In this document: positions 48,101 through 63,100 of the stretch, one piece after another | Layout of the letters: each line of letters starts with the position of its first letter | Position numbering within the stretch: position 1 is the stretch's first letter | Origin: Prorocentrum cordatum | Lineage: Eukaryota | Reading direction: 5' to 3' | DNA length: 64,000 nt | Assembly: GCA_963575745.1 (NCBI GenBank) | Contig: CAUYUJ010000026.1 | Coordinates: 186,001-250,000 of the forward strand | The notes under the pieces: generated by a model | Databases searched by the model: none | Seen by the model: the letters and a program-made list of their open reading frames with translations, nothing else | What the model was told of the DNA's origin: nothing | Position numbers and translations under genes: made by a program

Positions 48101-51100
48101 TGTCCACCACTTCCGAGTCGAGCACCACGTCCCAGACCAGCACTACGGATACGAGCAGTACCTCGGCGTCCAGCACAACCACGGATTCCACCACTACGAA
48201 GTCAAGCACAACGTCTCGATCTAGCACTACGGGCACGAGCAGTACAACAGGGTCCACGACAACGGAGTCGAGCACGAGGTCCCGAACAAGCACTACGGAA
48301 TCGAGCAGTACCACCGTTTCCACCACAACTGAGTCGAGCACTACGTCGCAGACCACCACCACGGAAACGAGCAGTACCACTGTGACCACCACAACAGATT
48401 CTAGCACCACGTCGCGGACCAGCACCACGGAAACGAGTAGTACCACTGTGTCCACCACCTCGGATTCGAGCACGTCTTCCCAGACAAGCATTTCAGGAAC
48501 GAGCAGTACCACCGTGTCCACCACGTCGGAGTCGAGCAGCACGTCTCGGACCAGCACAACAGGGACCAGCAGCACCACGGGGTCCACCACGTCGGAGTCT
48601 AGCAGCACGTCGCGAAGCAGCACAACAGGGACCAGCAGCACCACTGTGTCCACCACGACGGAGTCGAGCACCACGTCGCAGACCAGCACTACGGCATCGA
48701 GCAGTACGACGTGGTCCACCACTACTGAGTCGAGCAGTACCACGGGGTCCACCACCACGGAGTCGAGCACGACTTCACGGACCAGCACCACAGAAACGAG
48801 CAGTACGACGGGCTCCACCACGACGGAATCGAGCACCACGTCGCGGACCAGCACTACAGAAACGAGTAGCACCACGGGGTCCACCACCACGGAATCGAGC
48901 ACGACGTCGCGGACCAGCACGTCTCGGACCAGTACAACGGGGACCAGCAGCACCACAGGGTCCACCACCACCACCACGGAATCGAGCACGACGTCGCGGA
49001 CCAGCACGTCTCGGACCAGTACAACGGGGACCAGCAGCACCACAGGGTCCACCACGTCAGAGTCTAGCAGCACGTCGCGGAGCAGCACAACGGGGACGAG
49101 CAGCACCACTGTGTCCACCACGACGGAGTCGAGCACCACGTCGCAGACCAGCACCACGGAAACGAGCAGCACCACGGCGTCCACCACCACGGAATCGAGC
49201 AGCACAACTGCGTCCACCACCACGGGTTCGAGCACCACGTCCCGGACCAGCACTACCGAATCGAGCACTACCACGGTGTCCACCACCAGTGAATCTAGCA
49301 CCACGTCGCGGACCAGCACTACCGAAACCAGCAGCACCACGGTGTCCACCACGTCGGAGTCGAGCAGCACGTCTCGGACCAGCACAACAGGGACCAGCAG
49401 TACCACGGTGTCCACCACCTCGGAGTCTAGCAGCACGTCGCGAAGCAGCACAACAGGGACCAGCAGCACCACTGTGTCCACCACGACGGAGTCGAGCACC
49501 ACGTCGCAGACCAGCACTACGGCATCGAGCAGTACCACTGTGTCCACCACTACTGAGTCGAGCAGTACCACGGGGTCCACCACCACGGAGTCGAGCACGA
49601 CTTCACGGACCAGCACCACAGAAACGAGCAGTACGACGGGCTCCACCACGACGGAATCGAGCACCACGTCGCGGACCAGCACTACAGAAACGAGTAGCAC
49701 CACGGGGTCCACCACCACGGAATCGAGCACGACGTCGCGGACCAGCACGTCTCGGACCAGTACAACGGGGACCAGCAGCACCACAGGGTCCACCACGTCA
49801 GAGTCTAGCAGCACGTCGCGGAGCAGCACAACGGGGACGAGCAGCACCACTGTGTCCACCACGACGGAGTCGAGCACCACGTCGCAGACCAGCACCACGG
49901 AAACGAGCAGCACCACGGCGTCCACCACCACGGAATCGAGCAGCACAACTGCGTCCACCACCACGGGTTCGAGCACCACGTCCCGGACCAGCACTACCGA
50001 ATCGAGCACTACCACGGTGTCCACCACCAGTGAATCTAGCACCACGTCGCGGACCAGCACTACCGAAACCAGCAGCACCACGAGGTCCACCACGTCGGAG
50101 TCGAGCAGCACGTCTCGGACCAGCACAACAGGGACCAGCAGCACCACGGTGTCCACAACGTCGGAGTCTAGCAGCACGTCGCGAAGCAGCACAACGGGGA
50201 CCAGCAGCACCACTATTTCCACCACGACGGAGTCGAGCACCACGTCGCAGACCAGCACTACGGCCTCGAGCAGTACCACTGTGTCCACCACTACCGAGTC
50301 GAGCAGTACCACGGAGTCCACCACCACGGATTCGAGCACGATTTCGCGGACCAGCACCACAGGAACGAGCAGCACCACGGGCTCAACCACGACGGAATCG
50401 AGCACCACGTCGCGGACCAGCACCACGGAAACGAGCAGTACCACGAGGTCTTCCACAACGGGATCGAGCACTACGTCACGGACCAGCACTACAGAAACGA
50501 GTACCACCACTGCGTCCACCACGACGGAGTCCAGCACGTCGTCCCAGACAAGCACTACGGGTACCAGCAGTACCACGGAGTCCACCACCACAGAGTCGAG
50601 TACCACGTCGCGGACCAGTACGACAGAGTCGAGCAGTACCACTGTGTCCACAACAACGGAGTCGAGCAGTACCACGGTGTCCACCACCACAGAATCGAGT
50701 ACCACGTCGCGGACCAGCACCACGGAAACGAGCAGTACCACGGTGTCCACCACCAGTGAATCGAGCACCACGTCGCAGACCAGCACTACCGAAACCAGCA
50801 GCACCACGGTGTCCAGCACATCGGAGTCTAGCAGCACGTCTCGGACCAGCACAACGGGGACCAGCAGCACCACTGGTTCCACCACGACGGAGTCGAGCAG
50901 CACGTCGCGGACCAGCACTACGGCATCGAGCAGTACCACTGTGTCCACCACTACTGAGTCGAGCAGTACCACGGGGTCCACCACCACAGAGTCGAGCACG
51001 ACGTCGCGGACCAGTACCACAGGAACGAGCAGCACCACGGGCTCCACCACGACACAATCGAGCACCACGTCCCGGACCAGCACCACAGGAACGAGCAGCA

Positions 51101-54100
51101 CCACGGGCTCAACCACGACGGAATCGAGCACCACGTCGCGGACCAGCACCACGGAAACAAGCAGTACCACGAGGTCTTCCACAACGGGATCGAGCACTAC
51201 GTCACGGACCAGCACTACAGAAACGAGTACCACCACTGCGTCCACCACGACGGAGTCCAGCACGTCGTCCCAGACAAGCACTACGGGTACCAGCAGTACC
51301 ACGGAGTCCACCACCACGGAGTCGAGTACCACGTCGCGGACCAGTACGACAGAGTCGAGCAGTACCACTGTGTCCACAACAACGGAGTCGAGCAGTACCA
51401 CGGTGTCCACCACGACGGCGTCGAGCACAACGTCCCGGACCAGCACCACGGAAACGAGCAGCACAACGGGGTCCACCACCAGTGAGTCGAGCACCACGTC
51501 CCGGACCAGTACTACCGAAACCAGCAGCACCACGATATCCACCACGTCGGAGTCGAGCAGCACGTCTCGGACCAGCACAACGGGGACCAGCAGCACCACG
51601 GTGTCCACCACGTCGGAGTCGAGCAGCACGTCTCGGACCAGCACAACGGGGACCAGCAGTACCACGGTGTCCACCACCTCGGAGTCTAGCAGCACGTCGC
51701 GGACCAGCACAACAGTGACCAGCAGCACCACTGTGTCCACCACGACGGAGTCGAGCACTACGACGCAGACCAGCACTACGGCATCGAGCAGTACCACTGT
51801 GTCCACCACTACTGAGTCGAGCAGTACCACGGAGTCCACCACGACGGATTCGAGCACGACTTCGCGGACCAGCACCACAGGAACGAGCAGCACCACGGCT
51901 TCATCCACGACGGAATCGAGCACCACGTCGCGGACCACCACCACGGAAACGAGCAGCACCACGAGGTCTTCCACAACGGGATCGAGCACTACGACACGGA
52001 CCAGCACTACAGAAACGAGTACCACCACTGCGTCCACCACGACGGAGTCCAGCACGACGTCCCGGACCAGCACAACGGGGACCAGCAGTACCACGGTGTC
52101 CACCACCTCGGAGTCTAGCAGCACGTCGCGGACCAGCACAACGGGGACCAGCAGCACCACTGGTTCCACCACGACGGAGTCGAGCACCACGTCGCAGACC
52201 AGCACTACGGCATCGAGCAGTACCACTGTGTCCACCACTACTGAGTCGAGCAGTACCACGGGGTCCACCACCACGGATTCGAGCACGTCTTCGCGGACCA
52301 GCACCACAGGAACGAGCAGCACCACGGGCTCAACCACGACGGAATCGAGCACCACGTCGCGGACCAGCACCACGGAAACGAGCAGTACCACGAGGTCTTC
52401 CACAACGGGATCGAGCACTACGTCACGGACCAGCACTACGGCTTCGAGCAGTACCACTGTGTCCACCACTACTGAGTCGAGCAGTACCACGGGGTCCACC
52501 ACCACGGATTCGAGCACGACTTCGCGGACCAGCACCACAGGAACGAGCAGTACGACGGGCTCCACCACGACGGAATCGAGCACCACGTCGCGGACCAGCA
52601 CTACAGAAACGAGTAGCACCACGGGGTCCACCACTACAGAGTCTAGCACGACGTCGCGGACCAGCACCACAGAAACAAGCAGTACCACGAGGTCTTCCAC
52701 AACGGGATCGAGCACAACGTCACGGACCAGCACTACTGAAACGAGCAGCACCACCGCGACCACCACGACGGAGTCCAGCACGATTTCCCGGACAAGCACT
52801 ACGGGCACAAGCAGTACCCGGACAAGCACTACAGAAACGAGCAGTTCCACGAGGTCTTCTACTACGGAGACGAGCACCACTTCACGGACCAGCACCACCG
52901 AAACGAGCAGCACCACAGAGTCCACCACTACCCAGTCGAGCAGTACCACGGCGTCCACCACCACGGAGTCGAGCACGACTTCGCGGACCAGCACCACAGG
53001 AACGAGCAGCACCACGGGCTCAACCACGACGGCGTCGAGCACGACGTCGCGGACCAGCACTACCAGATCGAGCACTACCACTGTGTCCACCACCAGTGAA
53101 TCGAGCACCACGTCGCGGACCAGCACCACAGAAACGAGCACCACCACGGTGTCCACCACGACGGAGTCCAGCAGCACGTCGCGCACCAGCACCACTGGGA
53201 CCAGCAGCACCACGGTGTCCACCACGACAGAGTCGAGTACCACGTCGCGGAGCAGCACTACAGAAACGAGCAGCACCACAGGGTCCACCACTACCGAGTC
53301 GAGCAGTACCACGGGGTCCACCACCACAGAGTCGAGCACGACGTCGCGGACCAGCACCACAGGAACGAGCAGTACCACGGTGTCCACCACCAGTGAATCG
53401 AGCACCACGTCGCGGACCAGCACTACCGAAACCAGCAGCACAACGGTGTCAACCACGTCGGAGTCGAGCAGCACGTCGCGCACCAGCACTGTCCACCACC
53501 AGTGAATCGAGCACCACGTCGCGGACCAGCACTACCGAAACCAGCAGCACAACGGTGTCAACCACGTCGGAGTCGAGCAGCACGTCTCGGACCAGCACAA
53601 CGGGGACCAGCAGTACCACGATGTCCACCACCTCGGAGTCTAGCAGCACGTCGCGGACCAGCACAACGGGGACCAGCAGCACCACTGGTTCCACCACGAC
53701 GGAGTCGAGCACCACGTCGCAGACCAGCACTACGGCATCGAGCAGTACCACTGTGTCCACCACTACTGAGTCGAGCAGTACCACGGGGTCCACCACCACA
53801 GAGTCGAGCACGACGTCGCGGACCAGCACCACAGGAACGAGCAGTACGACGGGCTCCACCACGACAGAATCGAGCACCACGTCGCGGACCAGCACTACAG
53901 AAACGAGTAGCACCACGGGGTCCACCACTACAGAGTCTAGCACGACGTCGCGGACCAGCACAACGGGGACCAGCAGCACCACGGTGTCCACCACCTCGGA
54001 GTCTAGCAGCACGTCGCGGACCAGCACAACGGGGACCAGCAGCACCACTGGTTCCACCACGACGGAGTCGAGCACCACGTCGCAGACCAGCACTACGGCA

Positions 54101-57100
54101 TCGAGCAGTACCACTGTGTCCACCACTACTGAGTCGAGCAGTACCACGGGGTCTACCACGACGGAATCGAGCACGACGTCGCGGACCAGCACCACAGGAA
54201 CGAGCAGTACGACGGGCTCCACCACGACACAATCGAGCACCACGTCGCGGACCAGCACTACAGAAACGAGTAGCACCACGGGGTCCACCACCACAGAGTC
54301 TAGCACGACGTCGCGGACCAGCACCACAGAAACGAGCAGTACCACGAGGTCTTCCACAACGGGATCGAGCACAACGTCACGGACCAGCACTACGGAAACG
54401 AGCACCACCACCGCGACCACCACGACGGAGTCTAGCACGACGTCCCGGACAAGCACTACGGGCACAAGCAGTACTCGGACAAGCAAAACAGATACGAGCA
54501 GCTCCACGAGGTCTTCTACTACGGAGACGAGCACCACGTCGCGGAGCAGCACGACAGGAACGAGCAGCACCACAGGGTCCACCACCACTGAGTCGAGCAG
54601 TACCACGGCGTCCACCACCAGTGAATCAAGCACCACGTCCCGGACCAGTACTACCGGAACCAGCACCACCACGGTGTCCACTACTTCGGAATCTAGCAGC
54701 ACGTCGCGGACCAGCACAACGCGGACCAGCAGTACCACGGTGTCCACCACGACGGAGTCAAGTACCACGTCGCGGACTAGCACTACGGGGACCAGCAGCA
54801 CCTCGGTGTCCACCACGACGGAGTCGAGCACCACCTCGCAGACCAGCACTACGGCATCGAGCAGTACCACGGGGTCCACCACGACGGAGTCGAGCAGCAC
54901 CACGGCGTCCACCACCACGGGTTCGAGCACGACTTCGCGGACCAGCACCACGGAAACGAGCAGCACAACGGGGTCCACCACGACGGCGTCGAGCACGACG
55001 TCCAGGACCAGCACTACCAGATCGAGCACTACCACGGAGTCCACCACCAGTGAATCAAGCACCACGTCGCGGACCAGCACTACCGAAACCAGCAGCACCA
55101 CGGTGTCCACCACGTCGGAGTCTAGCAGCACGTCGCGGACTAGCACAACGGGGTCCAGCAGTACCACGGTGTCCACCACGACGGAGTCGAGCACGACGTC
55201 GCGGACCAGCACCACTAGGACCAGCAGTACCACGGTGTCCACCACGACGGAGTCGAGTACCACGTCGCGGACCAGCACAACGGGGACCAGCAGCACCACT
55301 GCGTCCACCACGACGGAGTCGAGTACCACGTCGCGGACCAGCACTACTGAGTCGAGCAGTACCACGGGGTCCACCACCACGGAAACGAGCAGTACCACGG
55401 GCTCCACCACGACGGAGACGAGCACGACTTCGCGAACCAGCACCACGGACACTAGCACCACCACGGTGTCCACTACGACACAGTCGAGTACCACGTCGCG
55501 GACCAGCACAACGGGGACCAGCAGTACCACGGTGTCTACCACGACGGAGTCGAGTACCACGTCGCGGACCAGCACCACTGGGACCAGCAGCACCTCGGTG
55601 ACCACCACGACGGAGTCTAGTACCACGTCGCGAACCAGCACAACGGGCACCAGCACTACCACTGTGTCCACCACGACGGAGTCGAGTACCACGTCGCGGA
55701 CCAGCACTACCGAGTCGAGTAGTACCTCGGGGTCCACCACCACGGAAACGAGCAGTACCACGGGTTCCACCACGACGGAGTCGAGCACCACCTCACGGAC
55801 CAGCACTACAGAAACGAGCAGTAGCACAGTTTCCACCACGACGGAATCGAGCACGACGTCTCGAACCAGCACCACTGAAACGAGCACCACGACGGTGTCC
55901 ACCACGACGGAGTCGAGTACCACGTCGCGGACCAGCACAACGGGGACCAGCAGTACCACGGTTTCTACCACGACAGAGTCGAGCACGACGTCGCGGACCA
56001 GCACCACTGGGACCAGCAGTACCACGGTGTCCACCGGCCGGTGTCGAACCAGCAGCTTCGTCGCGCACCAGCGCAACGCGGGACCAGCAGCCCACGGGGT
56101 CACCACGTCGGAGTCGAGTACCACGTCGCGGACCAGCACAACGGGGACCAGCAGTACCACGGTGTCTACCACGACGGAGTCGAGCAGCACCACGGCGTCC
56201 ACCACCACGGGTTCGAGCACGACTTCGCGGACCAGCACCACGGAAACGAGCAGCACAACGGGGTCCACTACGACGGCGTCGAGCACGACGTCGCGGACAA
56301 GCACAACCGAAACCAGCACTACCACGGAGTCTAGTACCACGTCGCGAACCAGCACAACGGGCACCAGCAGTACCACGGTGTCCACCACGACGGAGTCGAG
56401 TACCACGTCGCGGACCAGCACTACCGAGTCGAGTAGTACCTCGGGGTCCACCACCACGGAAACGAGCACTACCACGGGTTCCACCACGACGGAGTCGAGC
56501 ACCACCTTTTTTTTTTGTTTTTTTTTTCTTTTTTTTTCTTCACGGACAAGCATTACAGGAACGAGCAGTGCACAGTTTCCACACCGACGGAACTCCGAGC
56601 GGGACGTCTTCGAACCTAGGCACCAGTGGAACGAGCACACCCGGTGTCACCACGACGGCGTCGAGTACCACGTCGCGGACCAGCACAACGGGGACCAGCA
56701 GTACCACGGTTTCTACCACGACAGAGTCGAGCACGACGTCGCGGACCAGCACCACTAGGACCAGCAGTACCACGGTGTCCACCACGACGGAGTCCAGCAG
56801 CACGTCGCGCACCAGCACAACGGGGACCAGCAGCACCACGGGGTCCACCACGACGGAGTCGAGTACCACGTCGCGGACCAGCACAACGGGGACCAGCAGT
56901 ACCACGGTGTCTACCACGACGGAGTCGAGCAGCACCACGGCGTCCACCACCACGGGTTCGAGCACGACTTCGCGGACCAGCACCACGGAAACGAGCAGCA
57001 CAACGGGGTCCACTACGACGGCGTCGAGCACGACGTCGCGGACCAGCATTACCGAAACCAGCACTACCACGGAGTCTAGTACCACGTCGCGAACCAGCAC

Positions 57101-60100
57101 AACGGGCACCAGCAGTACCACGGTGTCCACCACGACGGAGTCGAGTACCACGTCGCGGACCAGCACTACCGAGTCGAGTAGTACCTCGGGGTCCACCACC
57201 ACGGAAACGAGCAGTACCACGGGTTCCACCACGACGGAGTCGAGCACCACCTCACGGACCAGCACTACAGAAACGAGCAGTAGCACAGTTTCCACCACGA
57301 CGGAATCGAGCACGACGTCTCGAACCAGCACCACTGAAACGAGCACCACCACGGTGTCCACCACGACGGAGTCGAGTACCACGTCGCGGACCAGCACAAC
57401 GGGGACCAGCAGTACCACGGTTTCTACCACGACAGAGTCGAGCACGACGTCGCTGACCAGCACCACTGGGACCAGCAGTATCACGGTGTCCACCACGACG
57501 GAGTCTAGCAGCACGTCGCGCACCAGCACAACGGGGACCAGCAGCACCACGGGGTCCACCACGACGGAGTCGAGTACCACGTCGTGGACCAGCACAACGG
57601 AAACGAGCAGCACCACAGGGTCCACCACTACCGAGTCGAGCAGTACCACGGCATCTACCACCACGGGTTCGAGCACGACTTCGCGGACCAGCACCACGGA
57701 AACGAGCAGCACAACGGGGTCCACCACGACGGCGTCGAGCACGACGTCGCGGACCAGCTCAACGGGGACAAGCAGTACCACGGTGTCCACCACCTCAGAG
57801 TCGAGCACCACTTCGCGGACCAGCACCACAGGATCGAGCAGTACCACTGTGTCTACCACAACGAAGTCGAGTACCACGTCCACCACGACCCAGACCACTA
57901 CCACGGAGTCGAGCAGTACTACAGGGTCCACCACTTCGGAGTCGAGCACGACGTCCCAAACCAGCCCTACGCAAACGAGCACCACCACCACAACGGTGTC
58001 GAGCACGTCGACGTTGACCAGCACGTCGCAAACAAGCAGTACCACGGTGACCACCAAAACGGATTCGAGCACGACGACGTTGTCCAGCACAACGCAAACG
58101 ATCACAACCACGATGACCAGTTCCACACAGACGAGTAGCATGACAAGCACTACCGTCACCAGTACCACAACATTGACCAGCACCTCGGCGTCAAGCAGCA
58201 TGTCCTTGACTAGCACCACGCTGTCTAGCAGTACTGGGTCGAGCAGCACATGGTCAAGCAGCACAACACTGACCAGCACCACCGAGACTAGCAAGACGGC
58301 CACGAGCACCAGTGAGTCGAGCAGCACGACGTTGAGCAGCATAACTGACTCGAGCACGACAGTGTCGAGCAGCACGTCGTTGACCAGCACATCCGAGACC
58401 AGCTCGACGGCCTCGAGCACCACTGAGTCGAGCAGCACGACGTTGACCAGCACAAGCGGCTCGAGCACCACTGAGTCGAGCACCATCACATTGACAAGCA
58501 CCAGTGGGTCGAGCAGCACGACGTTGACCAGCACAACCGCGTCTAGCACCACCACGCTGACGAGCACTACAGACACAAGCAGCACGACGAGAAGTAGCAC
58601 GACAAGCACTACCGGCACCAGTAGCACAACATTGAGCAGCACCTCGGCGTCAAGCAGCACAACGTTGAGCAGCACCACGGTATCAAGCAGCACCGGGTCG
58701 AGCACCACGTCGTTGACCAGCACCACCGAGACAAGCGCGACGGCGACAAGCACCAGTGAGTCGAGCAGCACGACATTGACTAGCACAACTGGGTCCAGCA
58801 CCACAGAGTCAAGCACCATAACATTGACCAGCACCACCGAGACTAGCCAGACGGCCACAAGCACCAGTGAGTCGAGCAGCACGACGTTGACCAGCACAAC
58901 CGCGTCTAGCACCACCACGCTGACGAGCACTACAGACACAAGCAGCACGACGAGAAGTAGCACGACAAGCACTACCGGCACCAGTAGCACAACATTGAGC
59001 AGCACTTCGGCGTCAAGCAGCACAACGTTGAGCAGCACCACGGTATCTAGCAGCACTGGGTCGAGCACCTCGTCGCTGACCAGCACCACCGAGACAAGCA
59101 GCTCGGCGACAAGCACCAGTAAGTCGAGCAGCACGACATTGACTAGCACAACTGGGTCCAGCACCACAGAGTCAAGCACCATAACATTGACCAGCACCAC
59201 CGAGACTAGCCAGACGGCCACAAGCACCAGTGAGTCGAGCAGCACGACGTTGACCAGCACAACCGCGTCTAGCACCACCACGCTGACGAGCACTACAGAC
59301 ACAAGCAGTACGACGAGAAGTAGCACGACAAGCACTACCGGCACCAGTAGCACAACATTGAGCAGCACCTCGGCGTCAAGCAGCACAACGCTGAGCAGCA
59401 CCACGGTATCTAGCAGCACTGGATCAAGCACAACGTCGTTGACCAGCACCACCGAGACAAGCGCGACGGCGACAAGCACCAGCGAGTCGAGCAGCACGAC
59501 ATTGACCAGCACAACTGGCTCCAGCACGACAAGGTCGAGCACCATAACATTGACCAGCACCACCGAGACCAGCAAGACGGCCACGAGCACCAGTGAGTCG
59601 AGCAGCACGACGTTGACCAGCACAACTGGCTCCAGCACGACAGTTTCGAGCAGCACGTCGTTGACCAGCACATCCGAGACCAGCTCGACGGCCTCGAGCA
59701 CCACTGAGTCGAGCAGCACGACGTTGACCAGCACAAGCGGCTCGAGCACCACTGAGTCGAGCACCATCACATTGACAAGCACCAGTGAGTCGAGCAGCAC
59801 GACGTTGACCAGCACAACCGCGTCTAGCACCACCACGCTGACGAGCACTACAGACACAAGCAGCACGACGAGAAGCAGCACGACAAGCACTACCGGCACC
59901 AGTATCACAACATTGAGCAGCACCTCGGCGTCAAGCAGCACAACGCTGAGCAGCACCACGGTATCTAGCAGCACTGGGTCGAGCACCTCGTCGTTGACCA
60001 GCACCACCGAGACAAGCAGCACGGCGACAAGCACCAGTGAGTCGAGCAGCACGACATTGACTAGCACAACCGGCTCGAGCACGACAGTTTCGAGCAGCAC

Positions 60101-63100
60101 GTCGTTGACCAGCACATCCGAGACCAGCTCGACGGCCACGAGCACCACTGAGTCGAGCAGCACGACGTTGACCAGCACAAGCGGCTCGAGCACCACTGAG
60201 TCGAGCACCATCACATTGACAAGCACCAGTGAGTCGAGCAGCACGACGTTGACCAGCACAACCGCGTCTAGCACCACCACGCTGACGAGCACTACAGATA
60301 CAAGCAGTACGACGAGAAGTAGCACGACAAGCACTACTGGCACCAGTAGCACAACATTGAGCAGCACCTCGGCGTCAAGCAGCACAACGCTGAGCAGCAC
60401 CACGGTATCTAGCAGCACTGGGTCGAGCACCTCGTCGTTGACCAGCACCACCGAGACAAGCAGCACGGCGACAAGCACCAGTGAGTCGAGCAGCACGACC
60501 TTGACGAGCACAACCGGCTCGAGCACGACAATTTCGAGCAGCACGTCGTTGACCAGCACATCCGAGACCAGCTCGACGGCCACGAGCACCACTGAGTCGA
60601 GCAGCACGACGTTGACCAGCACAAGCGGCTCGAGCACCACTGAGTCGAGCACCATCACATTGACAGCCCCAGTGAGTCGAGCAGCACGACGTTTGACCAG
60701 CACAGATTTCCTGGGTGGCACCACCACGCTGACGAGCACTACAGAACAAGCCAGCCGGACGGAAGCAGCATACTTCGATGACAAGCACCACCGAGACAAG
60801 TTAGCAGCAAATGTCGCCCGCAGTACTTTCGCTGTCCAGCACCAGCGAGTACAAGCAGGCGGGACGGAGACCGTAGCACCACCGACCAGCACGACCTGAG
60901 TAGACACAGTGTCCAGCAACACGTCGGACAAGCAGCACGACACTGACCAGCACCACGGTGGAGTCGAGACACACTCGTCGTTGCCCAGCTCCACCGAGCC
61001 AGCAGCACGGCGCCAAGCACCGTGAGTCGGCTAGCACGGCATTGACCAGCACAACGGCTCGAGCACGACAGGGTCGAGCACCATAACATTGACCAGCACC
61101 ACCGAGACTAGCAAGACGGCGACGAGCACCACCGAGTCGAGTAGCACGACGATGACCAGCACAACCGCGTCTAGCACTACCACGCTGACGAGCACTACAG
61201 ACACAAGCAGCACGACGAGAAGCAGCACGACAAGCACTACCGGCACCAGTAGCACATCATTGAGCAGCTCCTCGGCGTCAAGCAGCACAACGCTGAGCAG
61301 CACCACGGTATCTAGCAGCACTGGATCAAGCACCATGTCGTTGACCAGCACCACCGAGACAAGCAGCACGGCGACAAGCACCAGTGAGTCGAGCAGCACG
61401 ACGCTGACCAGCACAACTGGGTCCAGCACGACAGAGTCGAGCACCATAACATTGACCAGCACCACCGAGACCAGCAAGACGGCCACGAGCACCTCTGAGT
61501 CGAGCAGCACGACGTTGACCAGCACAAGCGGCTCGAGCACCACTGAGTCGAGCACCATCACATTGACAAGCACTACTGAGTCGAGCAGCACGACGTTGAC
61601 CAGCACAACCGCGTCTAGCACCACCACGCTGACGAGCACTACAGACACAAGCAGCACGACGAGAAGCAGCACTACATCGATGACAAGCACCACCGAGACA
61701 AGTAGCACAACTGTCTCCAGCAGTACTTCGCTGTCCAGCACCAGCGAGACAAGCAGCGGGACGGAGACCAGTAGCACCACCCCGACCAGCACGACCCTGA
61801 GTAGCACCACAGTGTCCAGCACCACGTCAGCGACAAGCAGCACAACACTGACCAGCACCACGGAGTCGAGCACCTCGTCGTTGACCAGCACCACCGAGAC
61901 AAGCAGCACGGCGACAAGCACCAGTGAGTCGAGCAGCACGACCTTGACGAGCACAACCGGCTCGAGCACGACAATTTCGAGCAGCACGTCGTTGACCAGC
62001 ACATCCGAGACCAGCTCGACGGCCACGAGCACCACTGAGTCGAGCAGCACGACGTTGACCAGCACAAGCGGCTCGAGCACCACTGAGTCGAGCACCATCA
62101 CATTGACAAGCACCAGTGAGTCGAGCAGCACGACGTTGACCAGCACAACCGCGTCTAGCACCACCACGCTGACGAGCACTACAGACACAAGCAGCACGAC
62201 GAGAAGCAGCACTACATCGATGACAAGCACCACCGAGACAAGTAGCACAACTGTCTCCAGCAGTACTTCGCTGTCCAGCACCAGCGAGACAAGCAGCGGG
62301 ACGGAGACCAGTAGCACCACCCCGACCAGCACGACCCTGAGTAGCACCACAGTGTCCAGCACCACGTCAGCGACAAGCAGCACAACACTGACCAGCACCA
62401 CGGAGTCGAGCACCTCGTCGTTGACCAGCACCACCGAGACAAGCAGCACGGCGACAAGCACCAGTGAGTCGAGCAGCACGACATTGACCAGCACAACCGG
62501 CTCGAGCACGACAGGGTCGAGCACCATAACATTGACCAGCACCACGGAGACTAGCAAGACGGCGACGAGCACCACCGAGTCGAGTAGCACGACGTTGACA
62601 AGCACAACTGCGTCTAGCACTACGGCGACAAGCACCAGTGAGTCGAGCAGCACGACATTGACCAGCACAACCGGCTCGAGCACGACAGGGTCGAGCACCA
62701 TAACATTGACCAGCACCACGGAGACTAGCAAGACGGCGACGAGCACCACCGAGTCGAGTAGCACGACGTTGACAAGCACAACTGCGTCTAGCACTACCAC
62801 GCTGACGAGCACTACAGACACAAGCAGCACGACGAGAAGCAGCACGACAAGCACTACCGGCACCAGTAGCACAACATTGAGCAGCACCTCGGCGTCAAGC
62901 AGCACAACGCTGAGCAGCACCACGGTATCTAGCAGCACTGGATCAAGCACCATGTCGTTGACCAGCACCACCGAGACAAGCAGCACGGCGACAAGCACCA
63001 GTGGGTCGAGCAGCACGACGCTGACCAGCACAACTGGGTCCAGCACGACAGAGTCGAGCACCATAACATTGACCAGCACCACCGAGACCAGCAAGACGGC

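Noticed and set aside
53381..53590. Frameshift in the giant ORF read as a pseudogene or programmed frameshift
   Set aside because: It coincides with a 109-bp tandem re-start of the same sequence. An assembly overlap error is the more likely cause, pending read support.
60660..61050. Apparent unique C-terminal domain and stop codon (AAYFDDKHHRDK...)
   Set aside because: An indel-riddled copy of the unit seen intact at ~61680-61960, typical of unpolished long-read sequence. The same applies to 56035-56100 and 56560-56645.
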